A DNA stretch of 53,594 nt, from IMG/VR virus record IMGVR_UViG_3300044617_000068, positions 1-53,594 of that record, one strand, 5' to 3'. The notes below the pieces were generated by a model. It did not search any database. It was not told the DNA's origin and saw only the letters and a program-made list of their open reading frames with translations. The translations under genes were made by a program, and so were the position numbers. Below, one piece after another: positions 33,701-43,059 of this stretch. The DNA comes from a virus. Its lineage: Duplodnaviria > Caudoviricetes. The first letter of the stretch is position 1, and the number at the start of each line of letters is the position of its first letter.

Positions 33701-34285
33701 AATTAGATTTGGTTGAATAGCGACTACTGCATAATCGCCTATAGAACCAATGAAGCCTGCTGGAACACCAGCAACTAGATTATCTGAATCTGTGATTACG
33801 ATTGGCAACTTATTAGTGAACACTTCTGTAGTTGCATTCCACTCATAGATACCCCAAGTTGATGATGTTGTATCTAACCAGTAAGCGCCGTCTTCTGGCT
33901 CACCTGCTGGGCGACCTGTCTGACCTACTAAACTTGCTAAGTCGATGTCTGCTCTCAAGCAGTATACGCGGTTAGTGACACCCAATGCTGAGTATGCAGC
34001 CAACAAACCGTATTCGTTCAATTCATAACCTTGAATTGGAGTACCGTCTGTAGTCTCATAGAAGAATGGTGTACCATATAGTGTTACAAGATCACGCTGA
34101 CTTGTTACTTGGAATAACTTGCCAGCATTAGCGGCAGTTGTACCCTGCGCAATGCCTGTACCATTTGGATTTGCTTTGTCCTCTGCTGTCGCAAAGACAA
34201 CTAGCGGAACTGATGCTGTTGGGGCTGGAAGATATTGACTTTGGTCAATGATTGTAACTTCTACGCCTGGTGATGTAAGTGCCAT
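30725..34285 (-). CDS. gp18: Contractile tail sheath protein (gp18-like, enlarged)
   Basis: LTSPGVEVTIIDQS N-terminus; PWLAAAGTRRG, INPLV, RTNVARL, FVFEPND, VVCDESNNTPARIDRNEL, PVKAAEFIYIP. Confidence 0.93.
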   Translation of the reverse strand: MALTSPGVEVTIIDQSQYLPAPTASVPLVVFATAEDKANPNGTGIAQGTTAANAGKLFQVTSQRDLVTLYGTPFFYETTDGTPIQGYELNEYGLLAAYSALGVTNRVYCLRADIDLASLVGQTGRPAGEPEDGAYWLDTTSSTWGIYEWNATTEVFTNKLPIVITDSDNLVAGVPAGFIGSIGDYAVVAIQPNLIPSAGSTYFYKNANNTWVEIGSDAWQASVSAVQGTNSNPTLNAGDTFTLTLVGSSPVSIVSATITVPGLGSNTVAGVATEINNLEWQGVVANGASGRLVLSVTGHFNQSIVFGAGTGTVLSDIGIAPGTYNSVRVSYGTSAQMPLWGAGQSQPHPTGSVWLKMGSSGNGFTPSMKEYDAVASAWNTKVVSLATDDATAIAALDPTGGQAIPAGTVYGQYYYYSEYKDGPVYFWKRVATGPTVVTGTNTAPNFDSGPYSGVVNVTTPNSTAWSGPYTMTLADNTTAEDFVQAWQAAGIPYTTASVATDGSIQITHTLGGAIMMNDYNTVTGLSQGLFSEAGFIANVTDGCKTGDINTTLFTGVAPTSTSGSGTGAQFTVSSIGYGYLVSAITAAGSSYAVGDTITIAGGSLGGVNGANDLILVVAAVSSGGVTKVTLDSDCQYPVFNYDIVLSNWVAFDYTANEGAPTELPANNTNWFYSVTDEVDIMVNTTNGWRGYKNVNYNSNGFPLPSGSNTTDPNGPIVSASMPTTQSDGTALVYGDIWIDTSDLENYPLISRWQMVDGEDEWVLIDKTDQVSGSGVLFADARWSSDQNTINPANDPIPTIKSLLTSNNLDLDAPNANNYPVGMLLFNTRRSGYNVKQWRNNYFNALSFPGDTLPTIRSTWVSASGLQSNGAPYMGRKAQRAMVVASLRSVIDTNLSIRDEDNFFNLMATPNYPECQPNMVVLNADRGETGYILGDTPMGLPEDATAIQAWATNAAGATSTGEDGCVTRNTYLGLFYPSGIALDLSGNEVAVPASHMMLRTFLRNDTVAYPWLAAAGTRRGIIDNALNIGYINRDTGEFQVIKTRIGIRDVLYINFINPLVFFTGNGLLNYGNKTSFNSQSALDRTNVARLVAYIRRQLTIAARPFVFEPNDALTRQQIAGVVETLMIDLVAKRGIYDYLVVCDESNNTPARIDRNELWIDVAVEPVKAAEFIYIPVRILNTGELSGA

Positions 34286-34408
34286 TTTATTGTTTCCTAT
34301 ATGTTATATTTTGAGGGTAACAACCCTGAATGCTTAATATTATTTAGTTGAGTTTACAAAAAACACTGGGTTATCAAACCTTCGAAGGTAAAATCATTAA
34401 ATAACTAT

Positions 34409-34762
34409 ATGGCCAACATCAGACCCATATGTAAAGAGTGTAACAAGAACTACCGTGCTGTGAATTATATCCGTGACGGTGTTACGCATTACCGTAGCAT
34501 ATGTGATGATTGCGGCAAGAAGAAACCTAAGGCTAAATCTAAAAGAACATTATGGGAAAAGGCAGGTTATAAGAAAAAACCTGTATGTGACATATGCGGA
34601 TTTAGGTCACTATATCCAAGTCAAATGACCGTGTTCCATATAGACGGAGACCTCAGAAATACTAACTTTAGCAATCTAAGGTCTATATGTCTTAACTGTG
34701 TCGAGGTCGTCAAACGCAAAGAGGTGACTTGGAAGCGCGGTGATTTACAAGTTGATTATTGA
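34409..34762 (+). CDS. Zn-finger/HNH-like protein, possibly degenerate
   Basis: Three CxxC pairs, then HIDGD..N....NL..ICLNC; the usual terminal His is replaced by Val. Confidence 0.65.
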   Translation: MANIRPICKECNKNYRAVNYIRDGVTHYRSICDDCGKKKPKAKSKRTLWEKAGYKKKPVCDICGFRSLYPSQMTVFHIDGDLRNTNFSNLRSICLNCVEVVKRKEVTWKRGDLQVDY

Positions 34763-35377
34763 ATCAATTTTCTTATGTAGATCATCGATAGTACCATCAT
34801 TGATGATGTGATGGTCATATTCAAGTCCCACGCTACTATATTCGCTAGCATGGACATTATAGGACTGAAGTGTTTTCATCGCTTCCTCATACCCGGCAGT
34901 ATAATACCCTTTAGAAAACGCAATCGCGGCATCATGCCAAGGTGGATTTTCTCCCCTATGTACTCTGATAGTTACTCCGCCCATTCTTTTGATAGACTTC
35001 AATTCATTAGGGAATCTGCAATCGCTGATGACGATATCATCTCTTGCTGTTCGTAATTGGTTCTCAATACTAGCGATCCAGATGTCATCATGGAATGCCC
35101 TGCGTCCTACCTCAGTGCCCCATTGCTGTAACACCCATCTTGGGGTCAAGTGTTTGATCTCTAATCTTTCTGCCCACCAAGGATCTATGGTATCTCGCCA
35201 CTCACGGCTATATTTTGTTGTACCTTCTAATAGATCACGATCCCAATTAAAAATGCTTGCTACCGCATCTTTTAATGGGCCAGCAAAACTAGTTCGCTTG
35301 AAGCCCTTGAATGTGATCAGATAATCTGCGATTGTATCTTTACCGCTACCTATGAATCCTGCAACTCCAACAATCAT
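34745..35377 (-). CDS. gp1: Deoxynucleoside monophosphate kinase (T4 gp1-like)
   Basis: GFIGSGKDT, FAGPLKD, TPRWVLQQWGTEVGR, ISDCRFPNE, HASE. Confidence 0.9.
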   Translation of the reverse strand: MIVGVAGFIGSGKDTIADYLITFKGFKRTSFAGPLKDAVASIFNWDRDLLEGTTKYSREWRDTIDPWWAERLEIKHLTPRWVLQQWGTEVGRRAFHDDIWIASIENQLRTARDDIVISDCRFPNELKSIKRMGGVTIRVHRGENPPWHDAAIAFSKGYYTAGYEEAMKTLQSYNVHASEYSSVGLEYDHHIINDGTIDDLHKKIDSIINL

Positions 35378-35404
35378 ATATTGGTCCTTATCTCATGAAC
35401 TAGT

Positions 35405-35432
35405 ATTATAACACTAGTGTAGAGAAAAGCAA
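35405..35432 (-). promoter_or_regulatory. sigma70-like promoter of dNMP kinase
   Basis: TTGCTT-16 nt-TATAAT with extended -10 TG. Confidence 0.6.
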
Positions 35433-35450
35433 ATATGCAGTTTGACCGAA

Positions 35451-36236
35451 TTAGCCCTGAATCCAAGTTAATGGTTGACTGTAATCGACATAACGCTTGA
35501 GTTCATCGATCAGTCTTTCTTGCTCGGCTTTACCTTCTGATTTCATAGCCCCACCATTCAGACTAGTGCCGCCACTTGGTCCTGCGATACTAGCATACTT
35601 CTCACGGGCTTCGCCTATGATTATCTTTACTGTGGCAAGAATGAAATCTGTGATCCATATACCTATACCCGGATCTTGTAATAATTCAGTCTCGGGTCTA
35701 GTCATGTCTGCCCAAATCAATACACGCTCACCTGTTCCCTTGAAATCACGGACCACGCGCAATACCTTTGTGACAGGATTAAATGTATAAGTGACATATC
35801 CACCGAACATACGAGCAGCCAACTCAACATAGCCTGCATAGAAATCATATGTAGCCATGCCGCCTGTATAGTTGTAGTTCAACAAGTATGTGTTAAGGAT
35901 AGCACTGCTGAATGGATCAAAACTTGTACTGCTTGGTCCTGTCTCAAGACCTACTGTTCTACGAAAGATAGCACGGACATTGACGAATTCACTAGGTAAA
36001 GTATATGTATCAACATTCTTGATGATGGTCATCAAGGTGTAAGTTTCCTGAGTTGAATTCTGAGCCTTCTGACGATATACTTTGATAGCATAATCGTATG
36101 CGGCTTCATAATGCTGTGGATCTAATTCTAGGTCGATGATGTCACCGCCTAGGCGCAAACGGACATTATTGAATAATGCTTCTTTTAACTCTTGTAAGTT
36201 TGCGTTTGTTGGTGTTGATAGTGGATCTGCAGCCAT
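35451..36236 (-). CDS. gp13: Neck protein (T4 gp13-like)
   Basis: LRLGGDIIDLELD, YTFNPVTKVL, IGEAREKY...GP.GG..LNG..MK.EG..E...L. Confidence 0.78.
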   Translation of the reverse strand: MAADPLSTPTNANLQELKEALFNNVRLRLGGDIIDLELDPQHYEAAYDYAIKVYRQKAQNSTQETYTLMTIIKNVDTYTLPSEFVNVRAIFRRTVGLETGPSSTSFDPFSSAILNTYLLNYNYTGGMATYDFYAGYVELAARMFGGYVTYTFNPVTKVLRVVRDFKGTGERVLIWADMTRPETELLQDPGIGIWITDFILATVKIIIGEAREKYASIAGPSGGTSLNGGAMKSEGKAEQERLIDELKRYVDYSQPLTWIQG

Positions 36237-36239
36237 TTT

Positions 36240-36273
36240 ATATTCCGATTAATATCAGTATTTATCGGAATAT
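36240..36273 (-). promoter_or_regulatory. TAAATA box overlapping a 10-bp hairpin covering the gp13 RBS region
   Basis: Minus strand ATATTCCGAT-aaatactgatatta-ATCGGAATAT-aaa-ATG. Confidence 0.68.
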
Positions 36274-36725
36274 CAGAGATCGCCCTCTTTTCTATTCTCA
36301 CTATGATAAACATCAAAGTGTCCGCCCGGGTAACGGGCCTGCAACTTTTTGACATTCTCAGCAACTACTTCATTGGGGTCAAGTTGTAATGCTCTGCAAG
36401 CATTGATCCAGTACCACATGATATCTCCTAGTTCGCGCTTCATGTGAAAATGTGTTTCTTCATTGAAGGGCTTACCTTGAAATACGATCTTCTTTACGAT
36501 TTCTTGGAACTCGCCGGTCTCGCTACCTAGACCGATAGCACCACAAAGCAATAGTGGTACATTGACATCTGGACCATGCATGTATTCCCCATCTGCTCCA
36601 TATGCTTCATAGTTTGCATCTAATCGATCTAACTGATTCATAAACTCAGTCAAATCATGGCTCTGCTTGCTTGTCACAGCAGAGACAAATTCCATATACT
36701 TGTTCAAGTCAACTTGGTTACTCAT
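36273..36725 (-). CDS. mazG: MazG-like NTP pyrophosphohydrolase
   Basis: GLGSETGEFQEIVKK, KRELGDIMWY, NVKKLQARYP. Confidence 0.87.
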   Translation of the reverse strand: MSNQVDLNKYMEFVSAVTSKQSHDLTEFMNQLDRLDANYEAYGADGEYMHGPDVNVPLLLCGAIGLGSETGEFQEIVKKIVFQGKPFNEETHFHMKRELGDIMWYWINACRALQLDPNEVVAENVKKLQARYPGGHFDVYHSENRKEGDL

Positions 36726-36918
36726 CTGTTAATCCTCTAAACATTTGTTTTCTTCCATCCTTGCCTAAAACATGATCAAAAATTTCTCTAGTCCTTTGCA
36801 ACATAGCACAGGCTAGCATCAATTGATCCTGCGGCGTGCTGGCAGTTTCGATAGCAGTATCTATGACCGTCATCATAGTTTCCATTCTTTTTTCTAAGGG
36901 GTCGAATGATTCATTCAT
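36718..36918 (-). CDS. Small hypothetical protein
   Basis: 66-aa ORF coupled on both sides. Confidence 0.6.
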   Translation of the reverse strand: MNESFDPLEKRMETMMTVIDTAIETASTPQDQLMLACAMLQRTREIFDHVLGKDGRKQMFRGLTDE

Positions 36919-38045
36919 TAGAATGCCCTCAAGATGATCATGTCATCGTTAAATCTTCCGTTAGGAGTGACGCTGACTGCTTTGATGTCTTTAAAGAACT
37001 TTCTTGCCGCGGGCTTAGATCCCATGATCTCTTTGATCTGAGTTTCAGGCTTGCGCAATGTCTTGCCTTCACTTTGCTTAGTGCAAAAGCCGGTCACAGT
37101 ATTGTTCTTGACGCTGAGGCACTTAGCATACTCATCGGCAACAAAGTGAAAGAGTTTACGCTTCTTAGCGTCATAGACCCATGCTTCAGTAGAATTATGC
37201 AACTTAGCAGGTGGGACGCTTACCAAATCAAGTTTCTCAAGTTTGAATGTCTTGAGGTACTTCAACTTGCGAACGATCTTCTCGACCGGCACAGGCTTCT
37301 TAGCACGGGGCTTGCGACCATTCTTTTTGATGTTGATATAACTATTGATTTCGGCAATAACCGATTCGATAGTACCTATGATGTTACGAACTTGAATCTT
37401 ACCTAGGTGAGCATACGCTTCGTTCAACTGCTCATCTTTTCCTTGTTGTAGTTCGTAGTATTCATCAAGTTTTGATTTCCAAGCATCGATCAAAATGTTG
37501 ACATGCTGTGGCAAGATATTGAATTGTGTCAACACTTGTACAGGGTTGATACTATTCTCTTTCTTACAACCATCTTTAATATAGTCATCCCAGCGACCCT
37601 CAAGTTCGCCACCTGCCTCATGCGTTTTCTCGCGCATGATCTCTTGAACATTGGGGCGATTGCTAACCGGCTTCTCAACAGCCTGCACTACCTCTGCTGT
37701 TCGGATCATGCGATCTACTTCATTATTAAATCGTGCTGTCTGTTCTTCAGTAGGCCGATATCCACGCATGATGCATCGTGCGAGATAACCATAACTAGTG
37801 ATTACCTGACTTTCATGCACTTTGCGTACAGATTTAGATCGTTCAATATCACCCGTAAATTCGAGGTACTGTGCGATAAACTCGCGGGCATCCTTCTTGT
37901 CATAAAAATGACCATACCAGGTCAATGCGCTACCCAATGACCATTTAGTGTTATCCTCGCTAAAGACAGGTTCTGATCCAAAATACTTGGTATCAGGATC
38001 CTTAGGATGCAGTTCTTTAATCTCTGTGTTTTTGGTACGAGCCAT
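36918..38045 (-). CDS. Hypothetical protein
   Basis: 375 aa with a basic C-terminal domain (KTLRKP...NGRFNDDMIIL); GGAG SD and a strong sigma70 promoter. Confidence 0.72.
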   Translation of the reverse strand: MARTKNTEIKELHPKDPDTKYFGSEPVFSEDNTKWSLGSALTWYGHFYDKKDAREFIAQYLEFTGDIERSKSVRKVHESQVITSYGYLARCIMRGYRPTEEQTARFNNEVDRMIRTAEVVQAVEKPVSNRPNVQEIMREKTHEAGGELEGRWDDYIKDGCKKENSINPVQVLTQFNILPQHVNILIDAWKSKLDEYYELQQGKDEQLNEAYAHLGKIQVRNIIGTIESVIAEINSYINIKKNGRKPRAKKPVPVEKIVRKLKYLKTFKLEKLDLVSVPPAKLHNSTEAWVYDAKKRKLFHFVADEYAKCLSVKNNTVTGFCTKQSEGKTLRKPETQIKEIMGSKPAARKFFKDIKAVSVTPNGRFNDDMIILRAF

Positions 38046-38076
38046 TTATGTCTCCAAATTGTCAACGATAGTATAT

Positions 38077-38105
38077 ATTCTAACACCTTTCAGTTCGGGT
38101 GTCAA
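38077..38105 (-). promoter_or_regulatory. Near-consensus sigma70 promoter
   Basis: TTGACA-17 nt-TAGAAT with extended -10 TG. Confidence 0.82.
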
Positions 38106-38144
38106 GTCCTATTTAAGCCGTTGTTTTAATGACTAAATACTACT

Positions 38145-39869
38145 ATGCCCAAATTATCTCTTTATAGCCCAACTAAGCAAAACGACTATAAGTTCTTCGA
38201 TAGGACAATATCGGAGCAGTTTACTGTGGGCGGAACAGATTTGTACATACACAAGTACATGGGCCCAAATGCGCAGACACCGAGTCCGGACTATACTCAA
38301 CCACAATATATAAGTCCCGATCCTACACAGATTCAAGATTTGCTATTTTTAGAAAATCGTGATAGAGTGTATGATCCAAATATTTTTAGATTACGCGGTC
38401 ATTACAATGTTCAGAATCTTGATTTCGATCTAAGCCAGTTTGGCTTATTCTTGAATAATGACATAATTTTCGTTACAGTCCACTACAATGATATGATCGA
38501 TATCGTTGGCAGAAAATTGATGGTGGGCGATGTTTTAGAATTACCACACTTACTAGATTATAATCCTTTAAAAGAAACGATACCGGTAGCATTAAAAAGA
38601 TTTTATTCAATCACAGACGCAAATTTCGCTAGCGAAGGTTTCAGTCAAACATGGTATCCTCACTTGTGGCGCATCAAGTGCGAGCCATTAGTAGACAGCC
38701 AAGAATTCAGTCAGATATTACAAGAACCAATCAACAAAGACAATTATCTAGGTCAGTGGGATAAAGATAAAGTTTATCCCCCTGGTTATGTCATCAGTTA
38801 TGGTGACAAAAATTACATCAGCAAGATAGAAGTACCTGCCGGTATCAGTCCACCAAATAGTACATATTGGGAACTAGATCCTAATCAAAATCTCAAGGAC
38901 ATATTGTCTACATACAATAAAAACATTGAGATCAATAACGCACAACTTGAAGAAGCAAAACGCATTGTACCTAAAGCAGGTTACGATAATAGCAAACTCT
39001 ATGTCGTACCTACATATGGTGTGTATGAGGCGAACAACACTCCTTCTGGAAAGTTAAATCAGCCTGCACCACCTATCAATATAGTAACAAGTTCAGCAGG
39101 TGCACCAAGCACTACAGGTACTGTAGTGTATATGCGCAATCCTAAGTATAAGAATCCTAGCGTAGGCATCAAGATCAATAAGGATCTTATAAAGAGTATT
39201 TGGGATATGACTGCTGATATGGACATAGCAGGAAAGTTTGATAAATTCGTTCAAGCAAATCTTGAGATTAAAGAAACAAAACCTTATGTATTACCGGAAG
39301 GTTCAGGCTCAAGAGCGTTAGAAGGACAAAAGATATTATCTGTCATGTCAACAGGCCCAGTAACTGGTCCATATGGCACTGCTGACAACACTTATGCGAC
39401 TGCTGACCAAGATCCAACACAGCCAGGATTCACTGGAACTATCAGTACTCAGATGGACTATCGTGCTGACTGCGATCCAGCGTTCCAATATATCACAAGA
39501 GCAAGTCCAAGAAGTTTCGGTTATGAGACTGCATACTTGTCAGGAGATGGCACAGCACCAAATGGATATCCATCGGGCGCAGGTATCAGTTTCCCACAGA
39601 ATCCACAGGTTGGTGATTATTTCTTGCGCATAGATTATATGCCGCAGATATTATATCGTTGGGACGGTCAATTATGGGTTCGCATATCAACTAATGTCAG
39701 AACTCCAGACATGATAGGATTTACTGCCGAAGATAAGGCACAGAAATCAACATTCATCAATAATGAGGCTGTGATATATAACAATAACCAAGAAGAGTTG
39801 ATACCTTCTGCTCAACCGTTATCTAGCATATTATCTTTAGCACCAGACAATTTACCACCTCAACCATAA
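38145..39869 (+). CDS. gp14: Neck/head-closure protein (gp14-like), extended
   Basis: FDLSQFGLFL..D...T.H...GD.L.LP; adjacent to a gp15-like gene; internal WDKDKVY..G..ISY..KNY...PP...YW segment resembles CBM5/12. Confidence 0.6.
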   Translation: MPKLSLYSPTKQNDYKFFDRTISEQFTVGGTDLYIHKYMGPNAQTPSPDYTQPQYISPDPTQIQDLLFLENRDRVYDPNIFRLRGHYNVQNLDFDLSQFGLFLNNDIIFVTVHYNDMIDIVGRKLMVGDVLELPHLLDYNPLKETIPVALKRFYSITDANFASEGFSQTWYPHLWRIKCEPLVDSQEFSQILQEPINKDNYLGQWDKDKVYPPGYVISYGDKNYISKIEVPAGISPPNSTYWELDPNQNLKDILSTYNKNIEINNAQLEEAKRIVPKAGYDNSKLYVVPTYGVYEANNTPSGKLNQPAPPINIVTSSAGAPSTTGTVVYMRNPKYKNPSVGIKINKDLIKSIWDMTADMDIAGKFDKFVQANLEIKETKPYVLPEGSGSRALEGQKILSVMSTGPVTGPYGTADNTYATADQDPTQPGFTGTISTQMDYRADCDPAFQYITRASPRSFGYETAYLSGDGTAPNGYPSGAGISFPQNPQVGDYFLRIDYMPQILYRWDGQLWVRISTNVRTPDMIGFTAEDKAQKSTFINNEAVIYNNNQEELIPSAQPLSSILSLAPDNLPPQP

Positions 39870-39878
39870 GAGTAACGC

Positions 39879-41255
39879 ATGGCACAGTTTTTTTACGACA
39901 ATCAGATACGCAGATTCTTACTACAGTTCGCTAAGATTTTTAGCAACTGGCAAGTTACTAAAGGCAAAGATCCTAACGGCAACGACATACTTGTTCGTGT
40001 GCCTATCATGTATGGTGATCAAAGCAGACTAGTATCTACTGTGATCGCAAATAATAGCGCAAGCAATTTACCTAGCGCACCATTATTCACATATTGGATT
40101 ACTGGATTAGAATATGATCAGCGCAGAATGCAAGAACCAACATTCATCGATAAGATCAATGTTCGCCAGCGCGCCTACAATCAAGAAACACAGACTTATG
40201 AACAGACACAAGGTCAAGCATTCACTGTAGAAAGATTGATGCCTGTTCCTTATACATTACGCATTCAAGTAGATATGTGGACTACTAACTATAATCAAAA
40301 ATTAGAATTAGTAGAGCAATTAGGCACATTGTTTAATCCTGCACTAGAAATACAAAGCACAGACAACTTCGTTGACTGGACTTCATTGACAGTTGTATAC
40401 CAAGATGGTATCACATTCAGTTCTAGAAGCATACCGCAAGGCACAGGTAATCCTATCGATGTATTGAGTTGGAAGTTCTATATGCCTATATGGATCAGCA
40501 CATCAACTAAACTCAAGAAGATGGGCGTGATCAACAAGATCATAGCAAGCATCTATAAAGGCAGCGCACTACAAGATATACAAGATGAAGATTTATTGTT
40601 GGGTACTAGACAAAAGATCACACCATATGGGTATAAATTATTATTGATAGGTAATACATTACAGTTATTACCTGCCAATGAAGCATTTTATCCACCTAAT
40701 ACTGATTTAGATAATCCTACTCCACCTAATACTAATCTATACTGGTCTAGCCTATTGAACGTCTATGGTAAGTTCAAGCCCGGTATCAGTCAGATATGGT
40801 TACAGAATCCATTCATGGAAGATGATATCGTAGGTACCATAGTGCCAGATCCAGTCGATGACAGAATATTAATCTATAACATCGACCCAGACACATTACC
40901 ACAAAACACATTGAACCCAGTTGATGCTGTCATCAATCCTCAATTGACAGGACCAAACGCAGGATTGCCAGGACCTATAAATGGTCGTAGATATTTGATT
41001 GTTGAAGATATCGGCAGTCCAGGAAGTCCAACAGTAAGTTGGGGTAATTTGGTCGCGAAGGCTAATGACATCATAGAATATGATACCGGATCAAGTTCAT
41101 GGTTCGTATCATTTGATGCAGAACAATCTACATCTGTCCAGTATGTCACCAATCTAACTACAAATATCCAATACCGTTATGTCCAATCTGAAGGTCAATG
41201 GATGAAATCATACGAAGGTTGGTACGATCAGGGCGATTACTCTATTGTAATTTGA
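39879..41255 (+). CDS. gp15: Tail terminator/sheath stabiliser (gp15-like) with C-terminal extension
   Basis: FYDNQIRRF...F.KIFSN, VPIMYG, PVPY.L...MW, ELVEQL..LFNP. Confidence 0.78.
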   Translation: MAQFFYDNQIRRFLLQFAKIFSNWQVTKGKDPNGNDILVRVPIMYGDQSRLVSTVIANNSASNLPSAPLFTYWITGLEYDQRRMQEPTFIDKINVRQRAYNQETQTYEQTQGQAFTVERLMPVPYTLRIQVDMWTTNYNQKLELVEQLGTLFNPALEIQSTDNFVDWTSLTVVYQDGITFSSRSIPQGTGNPIDVLSWKFYMPIWISTSTKLKKMGVINKIIASIYKGSALQDIQDEDLLLGTRQKITPYGYKLLLIGNTLQLLPANEAFYPPNTDLDNPTPPNTNLYWSSLLNVYGKFKPGISQIWLQNPFMEDDIVGTIVPDPVDDRILIYNIDPDTLPQNTLNPVDAVINPQLTGPNAGLPGPINGRRYLIVEDIGSPGSPTVSWGNLVAKANDIIEYDTGSSSWFVSFDAEQSTSVQYVTNLTTNIQYRYVQSEGQWMKSYEGWYDQGDYSIVI

Positions 41256-41273
41256 TCCAAAGAGTGTTATACT
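41245..41273 (+). promoter_or_regulatory. sigma70-like promoter of the NUDIX gene
   Basis: TTGTAA-17 nt-TATACT with extended -10 TG; ATG follows 6 nt later. Confidence 0.65.
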
Positions 41274-41279
41274 CTAGTT

Positions 41280-41696
41280 ATGAAAAATACTTCAGCAGGA
41301 ATATTCTTTTATTGCACGAATACGGGCAGATTTCTATATCTGATGCGTAGTGATGCCAATTTTGCTTGGGGTGTGCCTGGTGGCAAGATTGAAGAGAATG
41401 AGACCTTGCTAGAAGGTTTGCAACGCGAATGCATGGAAGAAGTTAACTTTTGGCCTATGAATCCAAAACTCATACCTATACAAAAGTTTGTGAATAATAC
41501 TTTCACTTACCACACATTCTTTTGCGCAGTCGATGAAGAGTTTGTACCTCATCTCAACGATGAGCATGTGGGATATGCTTGGATAGGTCATGATCAACAT
41601 CCTAAACCTATGCATCCCGGCTTGTTTAGTACTATCAATATCGATATTGTTAAAGAAAAACTAAAAAGCCTTACTGAAAATAAAAACGGGGCCTAA
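41280..41696 (+). CDS. NUDIX hydrolase
   Basis: Nudix box GGKIEENETLLEGLQRECMEEV; LNDEH.GYAW. Confidence 0.9.
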   Translation: MKNTSAGIFFYCTNTGRFLYLMRSDANFAWGVPGGKIEENETLLEGLQRECMEEVNFWPMNPKLIPIQKFVNNTFTYHTFFCAVDEEFVPHLNDEHVGYAWIGHDQHPKPMHPGLFSTINIDIVKEKLKSLTENKNGA

Positions 41697-41708
41697 GCCC
41701 CGTTTTTA
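41681..41708. terminator. Bidirectional intrinsic terminator
   Basis: TAAAAACGGGGC-ctaa-GCCCCGTTTTTA between convergent genes. Confidence 0.88.
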
Positions 41709-41724
41709 CGATTGACATAATCAA

Positions 41725-42042
41725 TCAGCCATTGACAATCATCTTGAATGCTTCTACGCCGGTAGCACCTAATACTGCTGCCGCGCCCATCAACATCCAT
41801 TTGATTTTTTCTAGACTACTCAATTTTTCCGCTAACTCGTCATGAGATTTCGTGTTAGCCTCTTGGAATTCCTTGAGTATAACTTTAGTCTCATCCATGT
41901 TGCGGTCGAGACAATCATGTAGGTCTTTCACCTCGACTTTGAGATCGTCTAGCTTCTCGTCTAAGTTCTTCACTTGGACTTGGAGCACCGCGATCTCAGT
42001 CTCGGCTTGTTCTACGCGCTTGACAGCATTCACAGTAGACAT
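41725..42042 (-). CDS. Coiled-coil protein with C-terminal TM segment (XhlA/holin-like?)
   Basis: Heptad coiled coil followed by KWMLMGAAAVLGATG. Confidence 0.55.
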   Translation of the reverse strand: MSTVNAVKRVEQAETEIAVLQVQVKNLDEKLDDLKVEVKDLHDCLDRNMDETKVILKEFQEANTKSHDELAEKLSSLEKIKWMLMGAAAVLGATGVEAFKMIVNG

Positions 42043-42051
42043 TTTATTTTA

Positions 42052-43059
42052 TTACGCCTGGTTGATTGTTACGATTGGGTATGGCTGACCACCGTAAGTG
42101 TTGGCAGCATAGGCAGTATTGAATGTGCCGAATGCTGGGCTACTGTTGTTGATGTTTGCAGTTTCATTTGGCAATGCTGTCTCGCCAGATGTTGCTGTAA
42201 AGATTTCAACAGTATGATCACTTAGTGATTGTACCAATGTAGTTGCCGCGTTAGCATATGTAGCAATGATTGACATTGTATTTGGTAACAATGCGGCATT
42301 TGCTATATTTGCTGTATAACATGGACCAACTAGACCTGATGTTGAGCCTTGTACTAGATACTTTTGCTTACCCTTCTGACGAACGATAAAGCCTGCTTCG
42401 TTGTCTGCGAAAACGAAACTTATATCTGTATAATCTTCAGTTGCGGCACTGTCTAACTCTAGTTCTGTATCGGTAGTGATTGAATCGACAAAGCCGATCA
42501 ATTCACCTTCACTAGTTGTTAATACTGATCCGGCTGACAATTCAGTTGTGAATATAGTGCCAGTACCTGTAACAGTAGTGTTACCATTTTCTACAACTAA
42601 TGTGCCTGTGCCTGCTACGCCGATTGCAACTTGGCAAAGAACTTGACTACCATAGATTGCTGTGTTACCACCAACTACTGAGTAAGTATTTGCGTTTGTT
42701 GCAGGATAACCTGCACCGCCATTTGGATTGTTGAAATATGCATCAACAACACCGACTGATGCGGCTACAGTTACAGGACCTGCATCTGCTAATGTGAATG
42801 CAGTATATGTTGGGTTTGCTGATAACTGTGTTGCTGAGACTGTGAATGTGCTGTTTGCACCTGCATTCACAACCTGTAGAATCCAGTAAGTTGTACCTGC
42901 AACTAAATTACCTACGTTACTTGCTGGTATGAATGGCATACCTGCAATGATACCTAAGTTAGTGAAGTTTGCTGATGTAGTTACTAATCCTGTTGCGGCT
43001 GTAGTATCAGTGATTGTGACAACAGCCTGTGCTTTTGCGATTTTTAGTGGACGACCCAT
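42052..43059 (-). CDS. Virion structural protein
   Basis: MGRPLK start, A/T/G-rich, IVRQKGKQKYLV; AGGAG SD and a structured leader. Confidence 0.65.
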   Translation of the reverse strand: MGRPLKIAKAQAVVTITDTTAATGLVTTSANFTNLGIIAGMPFIPASNVGNLVAGTTYWILQVVNAGANSTFTVSATQLSANPTYTAFTLADAGPVTVAASVGVVDAYFNNPNGGAGYPATNANTYSVVGGNTAIYGSQVLCQVAIGVAGTGTLVVENGNTTVTGTGTIFTTELSAGSVLTTSEGELIGFVDSITTDTELELDSAATEDYTDISFVFADNEAGFIVRQKGKQKYLVQGSTSGLVGPCYTANIANAALLPNTMSIIATYANAATTLVQSLSDHTVEIFTATSGETALPNETANINNSSPAFGTFNTAYAANTYGGQPYPIVTINQA

